Source: Octopus sinensis (Eukaryota). From it: 64,000 nt of DNA. The stretch is from NCBI RefSeq assembly GCF_006345805.1, contig NC_042997.1, positions 35,278,001-35,342,000 of the forward strand. Direction: 5' to 3'. This document shows, one piece after another, positions 1-12,352 of this stretch. A program made the translations under genes and the position numbers. A model generated the notes under the pieces. The model was not told the DNA's origin, did not search any database, and saw nothing but the letters and a program-made list of their open reading frames with translations. How positions within the stretch are numbered: the first letter of the stretch is position 1; every line of letters starts with the position of its first letter.

Positions 1-146
1 ACCACATACCAAATTTAGAAGTAGGAGTTAAAAATTACTTTTCTACTGCTGTGAGAATCTCTACGACAGTAACACACTTTTCTACGTAGGCAAAGAGAAA
101 AACAATGAGTCAACACGGCCCGATTCGTGTATGTATGCAATATATA

Positions 147-200
<54 letters not shown>

Positions 201-439
201 GCATAGAGTATGCACTCATAAATGTATATATCCACGTATGTCAGGGGTGTATGTTTCTGCAAATAGACATATGCATGCGTTTTTGATTCTGTGGAAATAC
301 GTAAAATTGTTCGTACAAAAACATTTGTAAAATGATCAGCATTGAGTGAAAATTACAACATACTTTTTCATCATATTTTAAGCTATGACTCTATTATATA
401 TATATATATATATATATAGTTTGATTCAATTTCATTGGT

Positions 440-780
440 ATTGCGTGTTTCAAACGTGAAGAGGAGGAGATCTAAACTTTTTTAAAGCCACCTACATCCA
501 CACCATGAAGATCACTCAGGCTTTCTGGTAGTATGTTGAAGAGCTATGTGCCCTTCAAACCGTACCAGTGCAGTATTTTGTTGTGTATCATGTTGAGATT
601 GGTAGCAGTATGCAATGGTGACTCTGTGTTGCAAGTGTAATGTTCAAAGCCAAGTTTTGGTACAAAGTTTGGAGAAATTTCGAAATGAATCTCACTGCAT
701 ACCTTGCTTGAATCTAGAAAGTAGACGCTTCACTCTTGCAGTGCCTCCTCTGATCGAACTCCAAAGAGTAACAACGCTAA
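440..780 (-). mobile_element. Decayed CR1/L2-like LINE, 3' end of ORF2
   Basis: Minus-strand translation with frameshifts: ARYAVRFISKFLQ-LVPKLG...YGLKGT*LFNILPESLSDLHGVDVGGFKKSLDLLL. This resembles the ERYxxIYxWKIL..LVP..G..LFNxLP C-terminus of CR1-type RT ORFs. Confidence 0.55.
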
Positions 781-1185
781 TACATACGTACATAGATGCA
801 CACATGAATACACACAGGCAAACCGACGCACACGCAGACACACACGCACACACACACACATACCAATGAAATTTTTCTTTGTCTTTCAAAATTAATGGCG
901 AATCGAACAGCATGAATCCTATGGCAAAAGAAATCCAATGCAATTTCCACGAATAAGTTCTTTGTTTATCTGTTGCTTGTTAAATATAACTTCTACGGTG
1001 TATATATATATTTAGGAAAACTTTTGAAAACCAAATATTAAAAAAATATCATAACAAGGTAAGACAAATATAAAATTGAAAGATATATTCTGAACATATT
1101 CATGTATTTAATAATATAAACACACGCATACACTGACATACGCACTCACACAGACACAGACACATATGTATTTACATATAGATAT

Positions 1186-1219
1186 ATGTATGCATATGTA
1201 TCTCACTCTCTCTCTCGCG

Positions 1220-1255
<36 letters not shown>

Positions 1256-1273
1256 GTATATATATATGTACAT

Positions 1274-1305
<32 letters not shown>

Positions 1306-1754
1306 CATATATATATATATATAATATATATATATATATATGTGTGTGTATATATATATATATATGTGGTGTGTATATATATATACATATATATATATAT
1401 ATTATATATTATATAAGTATATATGTATATACATGTATATATATCTATATATGTATATATATATATACATGTATATATATCTATATATGTATATATATAT
1501 ATGTGTATATAAATATATATATATATCTATATATATATATATACATATATATTATACATATATATATATATATATACTATATATATATATATATTATACA
1601 TATATATATATATATAACATATATATATATATATATATATTACATATATATATAATATATATATACATGTATATATATATACATATATACATATATATAC
1701 ATATATAAATATACATATATATATATTATATATATATTATATATATATATATAC

Positions 1755-1809
<55 letters not shown>

Positions 1810-1830
1810 TATATATATTACACGTGTGAG
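1186..1830. repeat. Compound (TA)n/(TG)n/(CA)n microsatellite block
   Basis: Directly visible; source of the IYIY-type ORFs. Confidence 0.95.
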
Positions 1831-3009
1831 CGTGCGTTTGTGTGTGTATGTATGCAAGTATGTATGTGTGCATGTTATTATGAAAAAAACAGTCAGTGCT
1901 GGAGTAAACAGTTTTGCTGAATCGCAAATAAAGAGGATTAGAAAACATAGAAAATTGTAAATATATGATTAAATTATGACAGTTGGATTATTATCTGGCA
2001 TTACTATATCTTTGTTTACTAATGATGACAACGCATATGCAGAAATATATCTGTGATAATGTGAATATTAATAGAATCAACTGTGGAAAGGATTCATTTT
2101 TTTTCAGGAATTTTACACCATGTTTATTTTATCACTATTGGCACTTCTACTTTCTTTGTATTAGTTTTAAGGAATTTACTTCTGTTATTCTTTTGATAAT
2201 TTTTGGCCTAGATATGAATATATGAGAAAAAAAGAAATCAAATGTCTAGTTGATTTCTTGACTTGAAATAATTATACACAACCAACCTTCGTAAAATAAG
2301 TTATCTGACAATGCAAAAAATTATTTGTGTTGAGGAACTATTCCCAGTGATCTAGCAATATCATGGGAAATCATTTTTCTCGTTTTGGTGGTGGAAGATC
2401 AGCTGCGATAAAAACTTCTGATATAGGCCAAATATCATAAATAATGAGGAATATTATAGTCAAGTATATCTACACCAGTACCGTCCTAGTACTTCATTTT
2501 GTGGAACTTAGGACGTTATAATTCAGAATTTAAGTTATGCAAGAGACTACAGTTTTGTGGGAAGGGCATTATTTGATTAAATATTCCTTAGTACTTTACC
2601 GGCACTTTACTTCACCCATCTTAAGTTACTGGAATGTAACGGCAACCTTAACGTTGGTAAAGCGCAAAACATGAAGGGGTTGCAAAATCCCACAAGGAAT
2701 ACTTTCGTCGCTATATTCATTTTTTCCTATCCATCATACACACTTTCACTAATAAGCCTTACCTGCTTTAAATTAAAAACTATGTTTACTTCAATATGTA
2801 AGATTGTACGTATATATAATATCTATATTTATTAAGAATATAATCGTGCAATTTATTTGAAATGTGTATATTATACACACGTATATGGATGAATATATGT
2901 ATTTATATACATACACATGTATTAGTACCGTAACTAGGGGGGAAAAGAGTCGTGTACATGACATTTTTTGGGGTATCAGAGATTTACTAACGCAAGATGT
3001 GAAACTAAC

Positions 3010-3106
3010 TTCTGGCTGAAGACGTTAATAGAATGTTTAAAAATCTCACTGATATATTGCGGTTCGAAACAAGCGGAACATTCCCTTGTCCACTCTACAA
3101 CCAGAA
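3010..3106 (+). ncRNA. Decayed hammerhead-like motif
   Basis: CTGAAGA 3016-3022, GAAA 3066-3069, stem III ACAAG-c-GGAA/TTCC-CTTGT, then C (GUC triplet). Stem I partner CCAGAA is displaced by 10 nt and stem II is imperfect. Confidence 0.3.
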
Positions 3107-4260
3107 CTATCATTCTGATGGGCTTCTACCTGATTTCTTGCGACTAAATTTCAAAGCTGTTTTCTCAACCCGAATAGAATTTTTGTTTAACACAACAATA
3201 TAATGTTTCCAGTCATTGAAATATACCCTAATGATCGAATATTCTGTTGAATTTAATTAATTGCTTCGTTATTACACATACATGTTTACATGAACTTCGA
3301 AAGAACTAAATTTATCTCTACCATAACATCGGGCATTTATATCTAAGTTAACATCAACAAAAAATCCTTAAGAAACGTATTTCTCAGAAAAAGACGATTT
3401 ACAAATCGGGCTGCAATTTTTGTAATTTCTTCGGAAGCTAATCTCCCATGTTAAAGAACAAATATTTATTTAACATTTTGAAGTGCTAGAAATATTAGTT
3501 TAGGGGTTAAATCTCTTGATACTGTGCTCGTTATCCACTATATGTAGGGATGTAGAATTTTTGGTAATTTGTACAATAAATATTATCAGAGAAAAAGATG
3601 AAAAAATATATTTCTAAAAACTTGTTTATTTAAATGCATACATGCTCACTCCCATATATACACATACCTACGCAGTCATTCACATAAATATTTGATGGTG
3701 TAATATATTTATTTCCTTGTATTTTATTTCAATTTTTGCTGGGTAGGCTGATTTTAATTTATTCTCAGGAGACTTGTAGCATTTTTTCCGTTGTGGAAAC
3801 GAATTAATCTGTCAGATATCGGATCTATTTATTGAATATTGGATTATCTATGTAATAAATAACCGAGAACTTAATTAATGAACAATCCATTTACTGAATA
3901 TATCAACAGGAGATATCAATACCACTAATGTTATTATGAACAAACATTTCTATTTTCAAAGTTATTTTCCTTTATCCTCTTTCTAACATCTATATGTGAG
4001 CATCGGGAAATTAATTATGCTAGTAGATTGGCACAACCATTAGAGCGTAGGATTTAATTGTTTACATTCTTTAGTTAAGGTCCTTTACTTTCTGTGTTCA
4101 AATGACGTCGAGGTCATTCTTTTCGTCCATCTCAAATGTAGAAGAATACAAAAGTAATTCAAGTACTTGAGTAATATAATCAAATTCGTCCAACTAAATA
4201 CAACTCGTATAACTTAGTATCTATAACTGTATCAATAACGAATACAGACTGACAGTATCA

Positions 4261-4495
4261 GGCGGCGAGCTGGTAGAAACGTTAGCACGGTGGGCGAAAT
4301 GCATAGCGGTATTTCGTCTGCGTTACGTTGTGAGTTCAAATTCCGCTGAGGTCGACTTTGCCTTTCATCCTTTCGGGGTCGATAAATTAAGTACCTGTTA
4401 CGCACTGGGGTCGATGTAATCGACTTAATACCTACGTCTGTCCTTGTTTGTCCCCTCTGTGTTTAGCCCCTTGTGGGTAATAAAGAAATAAGTAT
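4261..4495 (+). mobile_element. tRNA-derived SINE, family A (GGCGGCGAGCTGG head)
   Basis: A-box-like head, GAGTTCAAATTCC B-box, body ...GGGGTCGATAAATTAAGTACC..., tail AATAAAGAAATA. Other copies at 28.6, 35.2, 43.5 and 44.9 kb. Confidence 0.85.
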
Positions 4496-4994
4496 CTGTA
4501 GAGAGAAGAACACACTGCATTGTATTACTGAGTTAACCTACATTTCATATTTGTCTTTAAATACTAGGGAAGTCTAAGTTAATCTTGCATAATTTTGGGT
4601 GTGATAAAGTTATGCTTGATAACAATTGCATTTTAGATGAATTAATATAAAAAAAATAGAGACATACAAAGCGCTCGTGATGATGCTCAGCAAAATATTT
4701 GAAACAGAGGCCAGTAACAGTATCTCTAGTCGGAAATTCGTTTCCGTTTACATAGACTTCTAGCCAACATCGATAGTAACTTGCTAGCCAACATCAATTG
4801 ACTTGCTAGTGAAGAAACCACACACTTCATGTTTGTACTAGATACAAGTCTCTTAAACGATATCTAACCTTTTGCCTGTCTTCATTCTATATACTAGTGT
4901 CTAACAAACAAGCATTACTTCCAATTATGCGTGCCCATCTTGTTCATGTGGATTTCGGTAGTGACACCTTTTCCGTACACTGTATTAAATTTTA

Positions 4995-5040
4995 GTTTTC
5001 ACAATCCTGGATGTTTGATGTTGCTCTCATCAGAACATCT
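4995..5040 (-). ncRNA. Decayed hammerhead-like motif
   Basis: Minus strand: CTGATGA GAGCAACATC AAAC ATCC A GGATTGT. G12 is missing and stem I pairs poorly. Confidence 0.25.
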
Positions 5041-6544
5041 TATCGTGTTTAAATGCTTCTTATTCCAATTAAACTCTCAGATGTGTTTGCGTTCATTATA
5101 TTAATCAGTGACATCGAGGTCGGTCTCCAATTATACCGAGACTGCTTTCGTCAACTAGCTCGCCATCTGGACTTGTGTGCATCATTTAATATCCACCCAT
5201 ACACAAGAGAAAGATTTTGACGTATTTATCACTTTGAAATAAGAACTTTATTAACCAGACAGTCACAAACTCTGTCCATATCATCTATCCATCCTTAATC
5301 TCTGACCAATCCAAGTGACACCGCATAGATAAATATATTTTGTAGCTATAAAATTTCTACACATATAACCACATAGAAACCACTCTCATCACTAAGTTTT
5401 GTACATTAGAATGCTTCACATTACTATGTATAAATGTATAAACTTCTGGTATATTCCGCTAATTTAAACTACTTTAAAATTTTATAGACCACAGGATGTA
5501 TAGAGATCATTTCCGAATTAACTTGCATTACTTTCATAAACTTCAGATATTTGCGACTGTAATTATTACAAATTGAGCTTATGATGACACACGAAAACGG
5601 CTATTATACTTACGAATGAGAAATACTTAGAAAGAAACTCATATCAATAAATAAACAATACACAAGCGAAATACGTTTTGGAAAAGAGATACATCTCACA
5701 AAATATAATTCACTTTGCTGGGGGAGCATGTTTATATGAGAGACATAACTGCATTCAAAAGGTTACGATTCTTGTTCGAGCTACAGCAACACAGAAACAC
5801 TGCAAAGATTGACACAAGGCAAGTGTAAGTCTCAAAAGCATTACTCACATATGTGAATCAGTTGATGTGTAAGTGCATATAGTTAATGTGTAAACGCTCC
5901 AACCTTAAATGTTCAAAACAACCAATCCTTAGATACTTCATAATTGTTTCTGCTCTTGGCCATCCAAACTGCCAGACTAGGCAATTCTCAATAAAAAAAC
6001 ATTAATATTTTTTATTCATATTCTGAACTGTGTTTTACCTACGAAACGCTGTTGACATATTCTAAACATTTATACTAATCTGATTTCCAGTGCTGTAATT
6101 ATTAATATCCATCTTGTCTTACAGCCGTTGGCTTTCTTGAATTCAAGCTGAAAATCACCCGTATAGTTCTCTAGCATGAAATGCAGAACAAATCATATGG
6201 ACACTGCTCGTATTATTTACCAAACTAATTACAAAAATATTAACATCTTCAATTATCACGATTCATTAATGCGAATTCTCTGTGGATTTTTTATTATTGT
6301 TGAAAGAATTTATAAATAGTACGAATATTGTTTGTCAGAAGATGATTAACAAACGGATAAAATACCCGCTGAGCTCTGTCTAATTACTTTTAATACATAA
6401 CCAGTAATGTACAGATAACTGAAGAAATGTTCCTAAAATATAGTTCAACCACTATTTCAACCAAAAGAAAGTAGAGTTTTTCTCTTTATTTTTGCTTAAA
6501 TATTTATCATAGAAATGTTCATATATGTCTATTGTAAATGAATG

Positions 6545-7380
6545 ATGTTCTTTGTATCTGTTTTTTACTCCCTTCAGTTCTTAGCCGTCATGTTGTGTGG
6601 CGTGGTGGTGACTGTTATTGTTCCGTTTGTGTTTTCTGTTGAGAGTCGGTCTGTCTATGCGGTGGATGAAGTTCATCCACCGCATGCAGTTCTCTGGATC
6701 AACCAAAGAGACAGGATTAGATTGTACAAAGGAACCAGGGCTAAGGGGATCTTGCCCGCTATACAGGAGTTAATCCTCGAACAGCTCAGAAAGGACCGGC
6801 AAACAGATAGATAATTCCAAATCATTGTATGACAACATGAAAAATCAGTGTCATGTTCGCTAATGCTACTCCTGGCGACGAACTTGCCTACTTTTTAGAA
6901 AAACATTAAATAAGGCCAATCTACGGATTAAAGTAATAGAAGGGCTTGGTGCTCCTATAAAATCCATGATCTGTAGAAATTATCCCTTCGATAGGTCCCC
7001 ATGTACGGAGCACAATTGTATTGTATTCAGGTTGAACCCACAGGTTAGAAATATAGTGTATATCTTAGGATGTACTTAGGGGCGGTGCAGAAGCTTGACA
7101 ACTACTTCCATTGAAGAGACAGCTCGCAGCATAGGAGAGCGTATAGGTGAACACTGGCGCGAGTTCAAGGAAGAGAAAGGCTCGTCAGTGCTCTACGAAC
7201 ATGATCAAGCCGGACATAGAGGTTCAGTCAATAGCACAGAGGTTAAAGTATTATTAAGGTCGCAGTGGCGACATACATAGCAATAGACAGAGAACACGAA
7301 TGGAGCAATAACACCCACCTACACTTCACTACAAGATGAACAAAGAGTGAAGGGGTAAAACAAACAGATACAAACAGCGT
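6545..7380 (+). mobile_element. Penelope-like element 3' fragment (GIY-YIG region) with inverted 5' segment
   Basis: VMFANATPGDELA...LRIKVIEGLGAPIKSMICRNYPF...RNIVYILGCT*...SIEETARSIGERIGEH. 6545-6656 is an inverted homolog of 7285-7378. Confidence 0.75.
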
Positions 7381-7819
7381 AATTACACATCCAATAAACA
7401 TATATGCACATTCCTATGACACATATAAAATCCACAAATTAGAGACAAAAGAACTATATAAAGGTACTGTTACATAAAACAAAGGAAGCGAACTCTCTCT
7501 CTCTCACACACACACATGTAAGCACAGACATACAAACACAGATACATGCACATATAAGGATACTCAACATAGAAAAGAGCGGAATAAGCAGAGCAAGAAC
7601 ACACACGAAGACGGAGTGTCGCTAAGGAGGTCACATATGTGTGAAGAAGGATTTCCGGTCAATGGACATGAGTCAGAATAAGAACAGCAATAAACGCGTG
7701 AAGAACGAATATATAATGCGTGGTTTTTTTGGCAAAAAATAAAAAAAATTGACCATCCCGAAATACAACAATATCTGTTTCGACACAAGACACCAATCTT
7801 GTAGCAAAAATTCATAAAC

Positions 7820-7858
<39 letters not shown>

Positions 7859-9228
7859 CAGGATCCATTAATGCGAATTTTTGTGGATTTTTTTTTATTG
7901 TTGAACGAATTTTTTAATTTATAAAATGTACGAATAGTTTTTGCTAGAAGATATATGTATGTATAATATATTTCTATACGTATATGTAGCATACGTGTAT
8001 GTAGGCTACCAAACACATATATGTGTTTGTTAGCCTATGAGACGTGCGCAAGAATTATAACCAAATATATGGTATATTACAATGCTATGTTAGGATCAAA
8101 TTTAAATTGCTTACACGGTATTCTGTTGTGCAAATAAGATTACACATGTTTCTATTTATTTGAGCCTTATATCCGTTATAACATCATTGCAAAGAGGGAC
8201 AAAATATTTTTCAGTCATTTACTGACAGATCACAAAACTATTACAAGTACGACAGTCAGTAACCCTTTTCTTTCGGATATAATATAGAAAAGTATTACAA
8301 TCTACATGTTGAGAGTAGAGACGTTGAGTGTGTACCTCATCACACTGCGATTACTTCTATAATCTATAAAATTGAATCAAGCGATGTCTTCACGCCCATT
8401 TGTCACTTAATACACCGATCACGTGAAACTATTGTGGTTTGATCGTGATATCAGCTGGGCTTCCTATGTTTCGGTTTTGAATCATCGCTACCGACATATA
8501 CATACATGATACATACATAAAGACAAACATGCATACATATATTACGCACATGTCTGCACAGGCACACATGCGCACACATTTTTCTATGTGTGCGCGTGTA
8601 ATTGCATAACATAATGTGCAACCTCCTCTTTGCATATTTTTCTCTACATCAATTAACATACTATACGTTTTGTAGCACCTTCAACATTATCCATTTCTTG
8701 AGTTTGATCTTCATTTCCGTTGCATTTCTTTTTACAATGCCTGGTTTCATAAGGCTCCTTTCTTAGGTTTTTAGACCCCCATTTAATCAAATATTGTAAA
8801 ATTGTTCTTCGTGCTGTTGATCAGTGACCTATGCGGTTAAAACTTTGGTCACTTGGCACTGAGCCATGCATATTGTTATAAAGATAATGAATACGATCTT
8901 ATTTCCAAAATATGCACATACACGATATCTCACTACGTTAAATTATAAAAGCATGACATCAACAATTGCGCTAATAAGAAAACGAGAATATGCAGTGCAT
9001 TCCATTCATTGCGTTTCATATAAATAATATTAGGATATCATCACTCATTGTCAAACGAATGAAGTAAAACTACCTATGATCTTGTTTAACATGAGCCATT
9101 AGAGTTACTTTTCTCTCCGTTTCGCAAAGAGAGTCATATAGATTAATTAAGGGTTCTATTGTTTATCAACATTAATGCACGTGAATTTTCTGAGAATTCC
9201 TCCATCTAAATATCCACCCACTCAACGA

Positions 9229-9320
9229 TGTATGTATGTATGTATGTATGTATGTATGTATGTATGTATGTATCTGTCTGTCTCTCCATCTATCTGTCTG
9301 TCTGTCTGTCTGCCTGCTCA

Positions 9321-9388
<68 letters not shown>

Positions 9389-9450
9389 GTCTGGCTATCT
9401 GTCTATCTGTCTGTCTGTGTATCTATGTATGCATGTTTGTATCTATCTAT
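9229..9450. repeat. (ATGT)n/(TCTG)n/(ATCT)n tetranucleotide microsatellite
   Basis: Directly visible. Confidence 0.95.
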
Positions 9451-10174
9451 CTACCAAAATACTTAGAAATTAGTGCATGTATGTTATGTGTATGTACAGA
9501 TGGGAGAAATAGAGAAAGAGGTATACTGAGAGGGAGATATAGAAAGAAATATAAGAAAAGTAAGAAACAAGGAGAATAAAGCTAGCAAATGTGTTTCTTT
9601 AAAATTTTCAAAATGTATCTTTGGAGGAATGGGTGCAACAGTGAATATATGTATCCTCAATAACGGAAAGTGAAACAAACAAGGACGGCAAAGAGAAGGA
9701 GAAGGAGGAGAGGGAGAAGGGAGGAGAAGAGATAAGTGAGGAGAAAATACAGACCATTAATGAGAAAGACCGTTGTGACTTTTGGACATAACGTGCGTAG
9801 ATACATTTAGAACTTTTGAATTTGTAGTGCAAAATTTAAGCAAGGATTAGGTTTTAAAATGTGAGACAGAAAAATGTTCCATGTAAAAATATGGATTGTA
9901 AAATGCTGAAATGCGTTAAATGTAATTAAAATTGTCATTAATCATACGATATGGATAAAGTGTTGAAATCACAAACTTTAAAAAATTTTCACGGAGTATA
10001 TTTGCTAAAGTGGGAAGAGAAAGAAATCAGAATGGATATCTATTAATGAAGGACGTTAATTTAGTATACAAGATAAGGAAAGTATAAAATTCACTTTCTT
10101 CTTATCCAAAAGTTATGTAAATTTAATATATATAGAAAGGCTGAGGAGTGGGTATTTCATAAGGAATAAGAAAG

Positions 10175-10425
10175 AAGATATAATATTGTGTTGCGCTAAA
10201 AGCTTTACAATATTTTGGTAAATTATTTGCTTAATTCCCAAGGTTCCAACAAAAGCAGATTGGCATTCAAAGTAGAGACCATCGTTTTGCACCATCTGAA
10301 GTAGCCAACTTTCTGTTAGCTCTTTGATCTTACGCTCATTGCAAGTTACTGTCCTCCGGGGCGAAATACACCTGCACTGAAGCTTCCACCTCGTCTTATT
10401 TGATGAAACGTTACCAGTAGAATAT
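10175..10425 (-). mobile_element. Mariner 3' end fragment
   Basis: Minus strand ...ERKIKELTESWLLQMVQNDGLYFE followed by a TIR-like ttagcgcaacacaata. Confidence 0.6.
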
Positions 10426-10454
10426 GTGAACGATGGATCGGAACAAGTAAAAAT

Positions 10455-10895
10455 CGTAGGGAAATATTTTTCCTGGGTCCTAACGTGCATAAGCAGTGGT
10501 TAAGGAGATACAAGCTTCCGGAAACTGTCGCCAAATACAGGCGTTTTGAATACGAGGTAATGCTCTGAGTCTGATGGAAAATTATAAGTGGATAATTCGC
10601 TGCGAGTTCATTCCGGACAGTCAGACCATCGATGCCAACTCGCACCCTGTAGAGCTGGAGCGGGTGCATATCATTGTCTGGCAGATATACCTGGTGTTGG
10701 TTATTAGAAAGTGAGATCTGAAGCAAGAAAATAAGCTCCAGGAACTGAACTGATTATTATTTGCTCAGATTTGTGGCTCAATTTCTGCGCTGGAGACACT
10801 TCATCAACCAAGAGGAAATGGAAACTTCAATGAAGGCGTTCTTCGCCTCGAATGACAAGAATTGGTATCAGCGTGAGATCAAAGAACTGGCAGAA
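10455..10895 (+). mobile_element. Internally deleted mariner transposase fragment
   Basis: KQWLRRYKLPETVAK...EVMLS..W..IIRCEFIPDSQTIDAN... then LRFVAQFLRWRHFINQEEMETSMKAFFASNDKNWYQREIKELAER. Confidence 0.7.
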
Positions 10896-11480
10896 AGAAA
10901 TGAATCGAGAATCTTAAATCGGAAATTTCAAACAATCCCATCTAGCAGAAATTATAGAACAAAATACGGATATTAAACATTAGAACAAACAATGCATTCA
11001 CAAGAAACCAAGTTCGCTAATGAAATCCTCACACGGGATAAAACAATTATCTACCCATATCTATGACACAAGGATAGAAGAACCATTTCGAACAATCAAC
11101 ACAAAATGAAACTATAGGCTCTTCATCTTGGTATTACATGTAGAATTGAACAACTCATATCACGACAAATATATTTTACATATAGGGAACACTAATCTAA
11201 ATTCGCTTTTAAAATATGACTTCCATATCTTTATTAGCCCGAAAACAAAACTGGCATACAGTCATATTCATAAACCAGAATTAAATAGTATAATATTATC
11301 CGTATTCCATAATCAACAAAGCTTTAATCTGTAACGGCGCATTGACATCAAGGGCAATAATCAGCAGCCGATTTAAAAATATCTGAGGCATTCTAATGTT
11401 TCAGAATAATGCCATTGGGGTTAAATATAGAAGTAACGTCGGTTCGTACAGAGAAGACAAGTGGAAGTTGTGACAAACAT

Positions 11481-11511
<31 letters not shown>

Positions 11512-11717
11512 TGACCGCATTTAGACAAAAGCGCTATTCGAATGGCCACTAATTAAGGTAAGGGGGTAAAAAGTTCATAGTATAGGCGCAAGCGCGCCTG
11601 TTCATACCCACATATATATAAACAGATGAGTTTATTTTTACCTTGTTAACAATTCGAAACGTGTCGAAAGTAAAAAATATTTGATTTACACCTGCGTTAA
11701 ATTTATTTATTCATATA

Positions 11718-11767
<50 letters not shown>

Positions 11768-11805
11768 AGTGAATTGAAGAAATGGAGTTGAACGAAGATT
11801 GAACA

Positions 11806-11916
11806 GAATTCCTTTTATTGCAGTCTACACATGTTTCAAAAGCCACAATTTTCCAAATTCTGATTAAATAAGGATACCATATTGTGGCTTTCTCTTCAGG
11901 AAAAAAATAGGAATTC
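11806..11916 (-). ncRNA. Type I hammerhead ribozyme, long stem II
   Basis: Minus strand: CUGAAGA (11899-11893); stem II GAAAGCCACAAU/AUUGUGGCUUUU with 31-nt loop; GAAA; self-complementary stem III ACAUGUGU; GUA site with predicted cut between 11826 and 11825. Distal stem I GAAUUCC/GGAAUUC; proximal stem I is only 2 bp. Confidence 0.65.
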
Positions 11917-12071
11917 CGTTGGCAGAACAAAAGAGAACAGAGGCGCAGCAAAGGAATTTGAACGAGGAGGCTCTTTAAGAGCCCATGGCTGTTCAGCTCT
12001 TAAAGAGCCTCCTCGTTCAAATTGCTTTGCTGCGCCTCTTTTCTGTTTTGTTCTGCCAACGGAATTCCTAT
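11907..12071. repeat. Fold-back hairpin, 76-bp arms, 13-nt loop
   Basis: 11907-11982 vs 11996-12071: 73/76 complementary. Confidence 0.95.
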
Positions 12072-12073
12072 AT

Positions 12074-12352
12074 GAGAGATGTCATCGCAGAGTATACTCG
12101 CAGCAAGTATAGATGGGCTGGGCACGTCGCCCGGCTCACCGATAATCGGTGGACGCACGCAGTTAACGAGTGGTACCCGCGTGAGCGGAAAAGACCACCC
12201 GGAAGTTCTCCACGACGGTGGAGTGACGATTTCAAGAGGATGATTGGGATCACGTGGATGAGAAAGGCGCGATTCAGAGAGGAGTGGACAGCGCGTTGTG
12301 ACCAGCGGTGTCAAATGGACGCCTGACGGACTGGTCGGTCAAAGTGATCAAG
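12074..12352 (+). mobile_element. RTE-clade LINE 3' end
   Basis: DVIAEYTRSKYRWAGHVARLTDNRWTHAVNEWYPRERKRPPGSSPRRWSDDF...MDA* (RTE RWAGHVAR/RWxD motifs), then a short GTGATCAA-type tail. Confidence 0.85.

Noticed and set aside
6123-6170. 48-bp minus-strand exon-like segment (AG...GTAAGA), open in two frames
   Set aside because: Neither ENYTGDFQLEFKKANG nor RTIRVIFSLNSRKPTA resembles the expected DEKNQ exon; acceptor is mediocre.
7770-7812. Minus-strand CTACAAGA..GAAAC HHR-like string after the first PLE
   Set aside because: Core and stems too degenerate.
8655-8770. Short open frame KEPYETRHCKKKCNGNEDQ... on the minus strand
   Set aside because: No good splice sites and no recognisable family.
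11612-11670. CAGATGAG...CGAAACGTGTC inside the inverted-repeat unit
   Set aside because: U4 mutated, stem II mostly mismatched, no stem I.
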